DNA of 64,000 nt, from contig OY782781.1 of the NCBI GenBank assembly GCA_963678315.1, positions 2,080,001-2,144,000 on the forward strand, written 5' to 3'. A program made the position numbers and the translations under genes. The stretch comes from Candidatus Cloacimonadales bacterium (lineage in GTDB: Bacteria; Cloacimonadota; Cloacimonadia; Cloacimonadales; JAFGVF01). This document shows, piece after piece, positions 9,822-19,125 of the stretch (its first letter is position 1; every line of letters starts with the position of its first letter). Under the pieces are notes generated by a model. The model was not told the origin of the DNA. It made no database searches and saw only the letters and a list, made by a program, of their open reading frames with translations.

Positions 9822-10448
9822 ATGAATATTTTAATTGTTAAATATCTTCCTTCTGGGGAATTCTCAAATTCTAAGAAGCTTTATGATTATTTTTTGGCTA
9901 ATGTTATTGAGTCAGAAATACATGAAGTAGATTTGGTCAATGATCCAATCCCCCACTTTAATCAAGATTCGTTAACAGCATATTATTCTAGAAATTTCTT
10001 AAACAATAAACTAACACCTGAACAAGAATTATTGCTTAAACCTTTTGATGAGATAGCCAACAGAGTAGTTAACTCAGATTTGATTGTCTTTGTATTTCCA
10101 ATGCATAATTTCTCTTTACCTGGGATTGTTAAGTTATACTTCGATGCCTTCATGCAAAAGGGTAAAGTTTATCAAGAAGAAGATGGAAAGTTGATACCCT
10201 TGTTAATTAACAAGAAGGCTTTAGTGCTATATTCTCATGGAGGAGATTATTCACCAGGCACAGCATACGCATCAATGGATATTGTTAGATCACTAATCTT
10301 GCAAGAATTTAGTTTCATGGGGATTTCTAAGAATGAGTTAATCTCATTTGCTACAAATAATAAGGCTGTCTATGAAATCAAATTGGAGGAAGCTCAAAAG
10401 AAGATTTATGATACCTTATTTAATTGGAATATTCTAAAAAAGGAGTAG
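9822..10448 (+). CDS. FMN-dependent NAD(P)H:quinone oxidoreductase / azoreductase (flavodoxin-2 fold)
   Basis: SNSKKL, PMHNFSLPGIVKLYFD and SHGGDY motifs; AAGGAG RBS. Confidence 0.85.
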   Translation: MNILIVKYLPSGEFSNSKKLYDYFLANVIESEIHEVDLVNDPIPHFNQDSLTAYYSRNFLNNKLTPEQELLLKPFDEIANRVVNSDLIVFVFPMHNFSLPGIVKLYFDAFMQKGKVYQEEDGKLIPLLINKKALVLYSHGGDYSPGTAYASMDIVRSLILQEFSFMGISKNELISFATNNKAVYEIKLEEAQKKIYDTLFNWNILKKE

Positions 10449-11090
10449 GATATCGTCTATTCTAACAAAATTAATGACCAATAACAGCATACCTTGATCA
10501 AAAGTGATAGTCTGCCTATCAGAGTTAGTTTTGTTACTTACTCCACGGGCTGAAGTTGAATAAAGACTTTCATTTTTAAGAGGATAATATAAACCAGATG
10601 TTGTTATACCTTTTACTTCTGAGCTGAATGGTATTAGGGACACTTCTAACCCAACTTTGAGTTTGATTTCAGTACTAGTATTAAGGAAAAGAAGGGCTTG
10701 GTGATTGCTTAGGATCATGGAATGTATTCCTTGTTGATGCAAGTTTGCTAGGGTGGCAATAATTCCTAAGGCATGATCAGTTCTGTTTTGCATATCATTT
10801 ACAATAATTATGGATTTAGAATCTTTATTAATCGCATAATCTACAGCTAATTCTGTATCAGTAAAGTCTTTTTCAGGAGGATGTGAGATTTTCTTAATAT
10901 TGTCCGATGCAAGATATTTATTGTCTAATTTAATTGAATCAAAGTCTCCAATAATAACATCAGGAACTAAATCAATGTTGAAAAGAGTATCTACTCCTCC
11001 ATCAACACCAATGATTGTATCTCCTCTTTTAATTACTCTCTTTAACGTAGCATTAAAATCAGAATTTGTAAATAGAAATGTCCTCTTCAT
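10434..11090 (-). CDS. thiN: Thiamine diphosphokinase
   Basis: GVDGG, PDVIIGDFDS, EKDFTDTELA, RTDH, GLYYPL and GVSN motifs. Confidence 0.9.
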   Translation of the reverse strand: MKRTFLFTNSDFNATLKRVIKRGDTIIGVDGGVDTLFNIDLVPDVIIGDFDSIKLDNKYLASDNIKKISHPPEKDFTDTELAVDYAINKDSKSIIIVNDMQNRTDHALGIIATLANLHQQGIHSMILSNHQALLFLNTSTEIKLKVGLEVSLIPFSSEVKGITTSGLYYPLKNESLYSTSARGVSNKTNSDRQTITFDQGMLLLVINFVRIDDILLLF

Positions 11091-11971
11091 TAAGCAATTT
11101 TTCTTTTTAAAGATTTTCTATAAGACTTATTAACATACTTCCATGGATTTTTCAACTTTCTATTTCTGGTTACTTCATAATGTAAATGAACACCTGTTGT
11201 AACACCTGTATTACCCATTTCTCCAATTATATCACCAGCTTTAACTATTTCTCCTGCCTTTACTAACCTTTTTGATAAGTGTGCATATCTTGTCTCAAAT
11301 CCACCACTGTGTTTGACCTTGATATATCTACCATAATGTGCATCCCAGCTTGACTTAATCACAATACCATCTGCTGTTGCATAGATTGGTGTACCAATAT
11401 CGTTAGCGATATCTATACCTTTATGGAAGATTCTCCTTTTATATACAGGATGTTTTCTATATCCATAACCAGAAGTAACAACGCCAAAAGTTGGAGAAAT
11501 GTTTGGTTCTTCATCAAGAGATTTAATGTAGAAGTCATAGTTGCCATGACCTATTTCATTATAAAGAACTACTTTTCTTGAATTGTTCTTTAAATTATCA
11601 ATAATCTTATCAATTTCAACTAGAGCTAGTTGTCCATTTTTATTACTATTAATAATTTCATTGAAAGTTAAGATTGAATCTGGGTATGTTAACTCATATT
11701 CCCCAGTATCATACTCCTCATGAAAACTCTTAATTGAATCTAACGATGTTTGAATTCTTTCAATAATCTGTTCATTTAGATTATTAAGCGAATCAATTTT
11801 CGTTTGAGCGACATTAAAATCTCTTTTATAATGATTATTATCTTTTATATACCTAATAGCATAGTAACTTACAGTTATATTTGCTAAGACAAAAACAATA
11901 ATCATTATCATATATATAATTGGTATATTTATACTTACTTTTTTCATATATTCTTCTTTATTTTTATTCAA
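11090..11971 (-). CDS. M23 family metallopeptidase with N-terminal TM and coiled coil
   Basis: HKGIDIA, YAHL and TGVHLHYEV zinc motifs. The true start may be the downstream MKKV. Confidence 0.9.
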   Translation of the reverse strand: MNKNKEEYMKKVSINIPIIYMIMIIVFVLANITVSYYAIRYIKDNNHYKRDFNVAQTKIDSLNNLNEQIIERIQTSLDSIKSFHEEYDTGEYELTYPDSILTFNEIINSNKNGQLALVEIDKIIDNLKNNSRKVVLYNEIGHGNYDFYIKSLDEEPNISPTFGVVTSGYGYRKHPVYKRRIFHKGIDIANDIGTPIYATADGIVIKSSWDAHYGRYIKVKHSGGFETRYAHLSKRLVKAGEIVKAGDIIGEMGNTGVTTGVHLHYEVTRNRKLKNPWKYVNKSYRKSLKRKIA

Positions 11972-12130
11972 TTTTATAATTTCTTAACATTAATGGATTT
12001 AGTCAATACTTTTTTTTAAAATGTCAGGCACCCCTTTATATTTATATTAGAAACTGATTCGACTGAAAGCTTATGATTCTGGCCAATGTGTCCGATATTT
12101 AATCAATATTATTAAGAAAACACTCGACAC

Positions 12131-12195
12131 TTAAGGACCTCTTTGAAAAAAAGCCAAATTTTCAAGGAGGCAAGTAAGGACGGAGTTAGCTGTTA
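12131..12195 (+). repeat. Dispersed palindromic element, sub-type A, copy 1
   Basis: CCTCTTTGAAAA-AAAGCCAAA-TTTTCAAGGAGG hairpin plus tail CAAGTAAGGACGGAGTTA. 47/53 identical to the reverse complement of 27487-27539 and 39/43 identical to 58256-58298 (manual alignment). Confidence 0.85.
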
Positions 12196-12258
12196 CTGGG
12201 AACGTTTTGACTTTAGACAGATTTCTGCCGGATAGCTGGCAAAGATGGGTTAGGTATA

Positions 12259-12280
12259 GTAGCACAGACATTTTGTCTAC
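12259..12280 (+). repeat. Degenerate GTAG-type REP-like palindrome
   Basis: GTAGCACAGACATTTTGTCTAC: a GTAG tetramer followed by an AGACA/TGTCT hairpin. Single copy in this window. Confidence 0.4.
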
Positions 12281-12551
12281 TAAATGAAAACTTCAGTCAG
12301 ACTTTGATGGAAGCACAATTGAGAAGGATTGATTCAATTAAAGAATCAATATCGAAAGAAAAAGAAAGTCTCTTGCTTTTACATAATTTAGAAAGTTTTC
12401 AGTTGAAAGCACCTTCGATAATGATATTTTACATTGTGATAAAGTATGTAGTGCTGTTTTTTTTAATATTTAATTATCAATGTATATTGTTGTAAAAAAG
12501 TTATTTACTAAATTGGCAAAAGTTTATTTAAAATTAATATAAAAAAAACTA

Positions 12552-12580
12552 TTGACACAAAAAGGAGATTCAAATAAAAA
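12552..12580 (+). promoter_or_regulatory. Probable sigma70 promoter of the tRNA-Asp cluster
   Basis: TTGACA-N17-TAAAAA with an A-rich UP-like tract upstream. Confidence 0.55.
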
Positions 12581-12628
12581 GATACAACATCACTTGAGAT
12601 GTTAGATATTTGAAGAATTAACCTTAGT

Positions 12629-12705
12629 GGGGGTGTAGTTCAGTTGGTTAGAACGTCTGCCTGTCACGCAGAAGGTCGCGAGTTCGAGTCCCGTCACTCC
12701 CGCCA
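12629..12705 (+). tRNA. tRNA-Asp (GTC), copy 1
   Basis: 77-nt cloverleaf, anticodon loop CTGTCAC, discriminator G, encoded CCA. Confidence 0.98.
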
Positions 12706-12751
12706 TTTCATTAAGGTTTAACATAAATTATTAGATAAAGATACCCGAGTT

Positions 12752-12828
12752 GGGGGTGTAGTTCAGTTGGTTAGAACGTCTGCCTGTCACGCAGAAGGTC
12801 GCGAGTTCGAGTCCCGTCACTCCCGCCA
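12752..12828 (+). tRNA. tRNA-Asp (GTC), copy 2
   Basis: Identical to copy 1. Confidence 0.98.
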
Positions 12829-12863
12829 TTTCTTTATTTAGATAATAACTTTTTTAAACACCT

Positions 12864-12940
12864 GGGGGTGTAGTTCAGTTGGTTAGAACGTCTGCCTGTC
12901 ACGCAGAAGGTCGCGAGTTCGAGTCCCGTCACTCCCGCCA
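12864..12940 (+). tRNA. tRNA-Asp (GTC), copy 3
   Basis: Identical to copy 1. Confidence 0.98.
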
Positions 12941-12944
12941 TTTT

Positions 12945-12969
12945 AGCCGTTTCTTAAAACGGCTTTTTT
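12945..12969 (+). terminator. Intrinsic terminator after the tRNA cluster
   Basis: AGCCGTTT-CTTA-AAACGGCT followed by a T run. Confidence 0.85.
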
Positions 12970-12976
12970 AATATCT

Positions 12977-14206
12977 ATGAATTTATATAAAATCTTTTAT
13001 GTTCCATTATTAAATGCAGTTGGATTTATATCTTTACCTTTCTTGTATATGTTTAAGAATACTAGAGAGCGATTAGGACTAAATTATCCAAAATTAAGAG
13101 AATCTCTTTGGATTCATGCTTCTTCAGTTGGGGAAATAAATGGAGCTAAACCTCTCATTAAGAAGATACAAAAAGATTCACCCAACATACAAATTGTCAT
13201 CACAACAATGACTTATACCGGTAAAACTGTAGCAGAAAAAATATCACCAAAGATTGTTGTTAGAATAATCCCTTTAGATTTCCCTTTTCTTATTAGATCT
13301 ATTTTAAAGAAAATAAATCCAGACTTGTTAATAATTATTGAAACTGAGATATGGCCAGCAATGATTAATGAATCTGCTAATCATGGTACAAAGATTGTTT
13401 TTTCTAATGCTCGTTTATCAGATAAATCTTATCCAAAATATTTTAAAATAAAAAGATTTTTAAAGTCTATAATTAATTCTACTGATTTAGTTATTAGTCA
13501 ATCCGTTAAAGACTCTAAAAGATTTACAGAAATAGGTTTTAAAAAAGTAATTTCAGCTGGGAATTTGAAGTTTGCTATTGATTTACCAGAGATAAACAAA
13601 AATGCAGTATCATCCAAATTTAAGGTAAATGACCAGCACATTGTAATTACTTTCGGAAGTTCAAGACCAGGAGAAGAAGAACTTATTATAAAATGCTTCT
13701 CTGAACTTAGTAAAGACTATTCTTCATTACGACTGATAATTGTTCCAAGACATTTAAGCAGACTTGCTGAACTTTCTTCTATGATAAAAAATTATGATAT
13801 TGGATTATATTCAAAAGACCAATTAGATAAAAAAATTCTTATTATTGATGAAATGGGTATTCTTACACAGCTCTATTCTATTTCTGATATCACTCTTGTT
13901 GGGGGAAGCTTCTTTGATTTCGGAGGTCATAATCCTTTAGAGCCTGCTTTCTATTCAAAAGCAATAATCATGGGAAAATATCATAATTCTTGCCAAGCTA
14001 GTGTAAATGAGTTAAAAAAGAACAATGGAATTATAATTTCAGAAGCGGTTAATTTGAAAGATAACTTGCAAGAATTAATTGTTAATGAAGATTTGAGAAA
14101 AACTCTTGGATTAAATGCTAAAAGGACATTGCTTGAAAACGCTAATGCTCTTGAAACTAATTCTAATGAAATAGAAAAATATATAAAAAATAAAAATAAT
14201 GATTAA
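12977..14206 (+). CDS. waaA: 3-deoxy-D-manno-octulosonic acid (Kdo) transferase
   Basis: WIHASSVGE, IETEIWP, NARLSDKS, GNLKF, IVPRH and GGSFFDFGGHNPLEPA motifs. Confidence 0.95.
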   Translation: MNLYKIFYVPLLNAVGFISLPFLYMFKNTRERLGLNYPKLRESLWIHASSVGEINGAKPLIKKIQKDSPNIQIVITTMTYTGKTVAEKISPKIVVRIIPLDFPFLIRSILKKINPDLLIIIETEIWPAMINESANHGTKIVFSNARLSDKSYPKYFKIKRFLKSIINSTDLVISQSVKDSKRFTEIGFKKVISAGNLKFAIDLPEINKNAVSSKFKVNDQHIVITFGSSRPGEEELIIKCFSELSKDYSSLRLIIVPRHLSRLAELSSMIKNYDIGLYSKDQLDKKILIIDEMGILTQLYSISDITLVGGSFFDFGGHNPLEPAFYSKAIIMGKYHNSCQASVNELKKNNGIIISEAVNLKDNLQELIVNEDLRKTLGLNAKRTLLENANALETNSNEIEKYIKNKNND

Positions 14207-14579
14207 ATATAAAAAATACCTTAAATTATATAGCAAATCTGATATCTTTCTTATAATTATATTAGTGATTGTTTCCATAAGCTATTATTTCATATTTTCG
14301 CAAAAGCAAGGTAATAATGTGTCAGTTTATCTAAATAATGAGTTAATAGGCAAATACTCTTTAGATAATAATCAAGAAATAGTAATAAAAGATAATGAGA
14401 TTATTGTAGAAATTAATGAAGGGAAAGCTAGGTTTAAAAAAAATAATTGCAAGAATCAATTATGTGTTAAACAGGGATGGAGCAACAATCTACCTATAAT
14501 CTGTTTACCTAATAAACTAGAACTTAGGTTTGATAGTAACGAAAATGACAAGAAATATATTAGGAAAATAATAAAATAA
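14199..14579 (+). CDS. NusG domain II-containing protein (DUF1312-like) with N-terminal TM
   Basis: CKNQLCVKQGW...IICLPNKL pattern. Confidence 0.8.
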   Translation: MIKYKKYLKLYSKSDIFLIIILVIVSISYYFIFSQKQGNNVSVYLNNELIGKYSLDNNQEIVIKDNEIIVEINEGKARFKKNNCKNQLCVKQGWSNNLPIICLPNKLELRFDSNENDKKYIRKIIK

Positions 14580-14580
14580 A

Positions 14581-16152
14581 ATGAGTAATCAAAAATTAGC
14601 TAAGAACATTAGCATAATGTCTATAGCAGTGGCTATTAGCCGTGTATTAGGTCTAGTTAGAGACCAAGTTATGGCTTTTTTCTTTGGTGCAACATTCTTT
14701 AATGATGCATTTCAAATTGCCGTAAGTATACCCAACCTTTTAAGATTACTCTTCGGAGAAGGTGCATTGTCTGCAGCCTTTATTCCCTTATACGACAAAG
14801 AAGGGATAGAAAATGGGAAAAAAGCTCAGATTAAATTTGCTCTTAATATGCTTTCTATATTAACATTATTCCTGCTTTTATTGACGATAATAGGGATTGC
14901 TTTCGCACCATTGATAGTAAAATTAGTTTCTGGAGGATTACCTAAAGAGACATCTTTACTAACAATTAAACTTTGTAGAATAACCTTTCCTTACTTATTC
15001 TTTATTGGATTATCTTCCACTATGATTGCAATATTAAACTCACATAACAAATTCTTTATGACTGGCTTGTCTTCTGGTCTATATAATATCGGAATAATTA
15101 TGTCAGTGACAATACCTTACTTCCTATATAAATTACCTCAGAGTTCACTTATATACTGGGCAGCTTCCGGGGTATTTGTAGGTGGATTCTTGCAAACGAT
15201 AATCAATCTACCATTCTTAAGAAAAGTAGGATACAATTTAAAGCTAACTTTTTCTATATCTGGTAAAAACATGAAAGTTTTATGGCAGAAGTTTCTACCT
15301 GGAGCGATAGGGATAGGTGTTCGTCAGATAAACCTTCTAGCCGATGTTTACGTTGCTAGCTTTTTACCATTAGGGTCTATTACTTGTTTGCGTTATGGTG
15401 CTAGGTTAATGCAACTCCCACTTGGAATATTTGGTGTTGCAACAGGTACCGCTGTTCTTCCTGAGTTTTCTAATTTAATCAATCTTAAGAAATGGGATGA
15501 CCTTGGTGAAAGAATCAGATTTGCTATGTTATCATTGATTTATATAATGATTCCTATTACTTTCTTTTTAGGCTCAATAGGAAAGGATTTTATAAGGCTG
15601 TTATTCCAAAGAGGGTCCTTCGATGAGACTGCGACAACACTTACTTATCAAGCATTCTTGTTTTACATAACAGGCTTAATATTCTACTCATTGAATAAAA
15701 TTATTACACCTTTGTTTTTTGCTGCTGGGGATACAAAAACACCTGTAAAAATATCATCTTTGATGGTAATTCTAAATATTGTTTTAAATGTGTCATTACT
15801 GCTTGTATTAAAGCACATTGGTATAGCTTTAGCTACTTCCCTTACTGCTTTAATTCAGTTTGTTATACTCTTTGTCTTAATAAGAAAGAAACTCCCTTAT
15901 GTAAAAATAAAAAGTATGAAGATAAATATTATCAAGATTACTTCAATTTCATTAATAATATTTGCTTTTAACCTATTGGTAAATTATATTTTAAATAGTT
16001 CAGATACGTTTACTTCTATTGTAAGATTTGCTATAAATGGTGTAATATTTGCCTTGATTCTAGTCGTTGGAGCTGTAGTTACAAAGTTGGAATATTCTGA
16101 AATTATAATTAATAAGCTTAGATTGAACAAGTTTCTTAGAAAGCTCAAATGA
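14581..16152 (+). CDS. murJ: Lipid II flippase MurJ (MviN)
   Basis: SRVLGLVRD, PNLLRLLFGEGALSAAFIP, RLMQLPLGIFG and DTKTP motifs; many TM segments. Confidence 0.96.
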   Translation: MSNQKLAKNISIMSIAVAISRVLGLVRDQVMAFFFGATFFNDAFQIAVSIPNLLRLLFGEGALSAAFIPLYDKEGIENGKKAQIKFALNMLSILTLFLLLLTIIGIAFAPLIVKLVSGGLPKETSLLTIKLCRITFPYLFFIGLSSTMIAILNSHNKFFMTGLSSGLYNIGIIMSVTIPYFLYKLPQSSLIYWAASGVFVGGFLQTIINLPFLRKVGYNLKLTFSISGKNMKVLWQKFLPGAIGIGVRQINLLADVYVASFLPLGSITCLRYGARLMQLPLGIFGVATGTAVLPEFSNLINLKKWDDLGERIRFAMLSLIYIMIPITFFLGSIGKDFIRLLFQRGSFDETATTLTYQAFLFYITGLIFYSLNKIITPLFFAAGDTKTPVKISSLMVILNIVLNVSLLLVLKHIGIALATSLTALIQFVILFVLIRKKLPYVKIKSMKINIIKITSISLIIFAFNLLVNYILNSSDTFTSIVRFAINGVIFALILVVGAVVTKLEYSEIIINKLRLNKFLRKLK

Positions 16153-16205
16153 TGACTGATAAGAAAGGTATAGCATCTAAATTAAAAAATTTATTTACAA
16201 AATAA
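16149..16205 (+). CDS. Possible 18-aa microprotein MMTDKKGIASKLKNLFTK
   Basis: The ATG overlaps the murJ stop as ATGA and the peptide is cationic and amphipathic. No expression evidence. Confidence 0.3.
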   Translation: MMTDKKGIASKLKNLFTK

Positions 16206-16248
16206 TAAGCTTATAAAATATGTCTAACAAATTACTTTTGGAGATGAA

Positions 16249-16608
16249 ATGTTAAGATCTTTTTTAATCTCAAAAATTCACAGAGCAACTGTGACTCAAA
16301 CAGATTTAGATTATGTAGGAAGTATCACAATTGATACAAAGCTCTTAGAAGCAACTGGTATATTGCTTAATGAAGAAGTTTATATATACAACATTAATAA
16401 TGGGAAACGCTTTTCTACTTATGTGATTCCTGGTGAATATGGTTCAGGTATAATTGGAGTTAATGGTGCTGCAGCTCACATGGTTGAGCTCGGTGATAAA
16501 GTTATCATAGTCAATTATGGAATGCTTTCAGCAGATGAAATCGAAAACCACCAACCAACAGTAATAGTTGTTGATGACAATAACTCCCCTATTCCTTTGG
16601 AAAAATAA
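16249..16608 (+). CDS. panD: Aspartate 1-decarboxylase
   Basis: SKIHRATVT, YVG/SITID pyruvoyl cleavage site, NNGKRFSTY and NGAAAH. Confidence 0.97.
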   Translation: MLRSFLISKIHRATVTQTDLDYVGSITIDTKLLEATGILLNEEVYIYNINNGKRFSTYVIPGEYGSGIIGVNGAAAHMVELGDKVIIVNYGMLSADEIENHQPTVIVVDDNNSPIPLEK

Positions 16609-17444
16609 TGCGAGTAATTGAAACTGTTTCAGAAATGCTCCATATATCCTCTCAGTGGGATAACAATCAAGTTATTGGCTTTGTACCAACTATGGGGGCA
16701 CTTCACCAAGGTCATCTTGCTTTAGTTAAAGAATCCAAAAAACAAAGTGATTTAACTATTGTTTCTATATATGTAAATCCTTCTCAGTTTGGACCTAATG
16801 AAGATTTTGATAAATATCCTAAAACTTTTGAAGCAGATAGCAAGCTTTTAGAAGCTCTTGATGTAGACTATATCTTTTTGCCAAACGATAAGGAAATGTA
16901 TCCTCAAGGATATAATACTTGGGTTGAAGTTAACGAACTTACTTCAGTTTTATGTGGTGCTAAGCGTCCTGGACACTTTAGAGGTGTTTGCACAATTGTT
17001 CTAAAGCTAGTTAATATAGTAAGACCTAGTTTAATGTTTATGGGTGAAAAAGACTTTCAACAAGTAGCTGTTCTTAAAACAATGTTGAAAGATTTAAACA
17101 TCTTAACCAAAATTGTAGCCTGTCCAATCGTCAGAGATGTTGATGGATTAGCATTAAGTTCTAGAAATAAATATCTTAATGATTCAGATAGAACAATTGC
17201 TCCTACAATTTATAAAACTCTTCTTAAAGCAAAAGAAGCTTTTTATAACAATGAACTAGATACTTTGGAGCAACTTGCATCTTATGTAGAAAATGAACTA
17301 GACTTGACAAGATTTATAATAGATTATATAGAGATTGTGGATTCTGGTGATTTGAAGCGACGAAAATATATTGAAAAAGGGAACCGCTTACTCATAGCTG
17401 TTTACCTTGGTCAAACACGCTTAATCGACAATATCGAGATTTAA
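16608..17444 (+). CDS. panC: Pantoate--beta-alanine ligase
   Basis: FVPTMGALHQGH, RPGHFRGV, GEKDFQQ, GLALSSRN and RLIDN motifs. Confidence 0.97.
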   Translation: MRVIETVSEMLHISSQWDNNQVIGFVPTMGALHQGHLALVKESKKQSDLTIVSIYVNPSQFGPNEDFDKYPKTFEADSKLLEALDVDYIFLPNDKEMYPQGYNTWVEVNELTSVLCGAKRPGHFRGVCTIVLKLVNIVRPSLMFMGEKDFQQVAVLKTMLKDLNILTKIVACPIVRDVDGLALSSRNKYLNDSDRTIAPTIYKTLLKAKEAFYNNELDTLEQLASYVENELDLTRFIIDYIEIVDSGDLKRRKYIEKGNRLLIAVYLGQTRLIDNIEI

Positions 17445-17448
17445 CATA

Positions 17449-17476
17449 ACGCCGGATTTAATTCGGCGTCTTTTTT
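17449..17476 (+). terminator. Intrinsic terminator after panC
   Basis: ACGCCGGA...TTCGGCGT hairpin followed by CTTTTTT. Confidence 0.8.
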
Positions 17477-17498
17477 ATATATAAATAAATTTAATTAA

Positions 17499-18977
<1,479 letters not shown>

Positions 18978-18996
18978 TTAATATATAAATCATTAT

Positions 18997-19033
18997 GAAG
19001 GTTACTTTTGTTTATAAGTAGCCTTCTTTGTTT
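18997..19033 (+). terminator. Probable terminator after guaB
   Basis: GAAGGTTACTT...AAGTAGCCTTC followed by TTTGTTT. Confidence 0.65.
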
Positions 19034-19077
19034 AATTATATCTTGTTTATTCCATCTAATATCTTTATCAAAGGGCA

Positions 19078-19106
19078 TAAAAAAGAGTGTAGCAATTACT
19101 ACACTC
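19078..19106 (-). terminator. Intrinsic terminator after the phosphohexomutase gene
   Basis: GAGTGTAG-N6-CTACACTC with a minus-strand T run. Confidence 0.8.
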
Positions 19107-19125
19107 ATATTATTTAAGCTAACTT

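Noticed and set aside
10434..10448. 15-nt convergent overlap of the azoreductase and thiN genes
   Set aside because: Short tail-to-tail overlaps are common in compact AT-rich genomes; nothing points to a regulatory role.
12304..12495. 63-aa ORF upstream of the tRNA cluster
   Set aside because: TTG start, no clear RBS, no recognisable motif, in an AT-rich repeat-containing intergenic region.
12629..12976. tRNA cluster as an integration site for a prophage or island
   Set aside because: No integrase, no partial tRNA 3'-end duplication noticed elsewhere in the window, and core genes follow directly.
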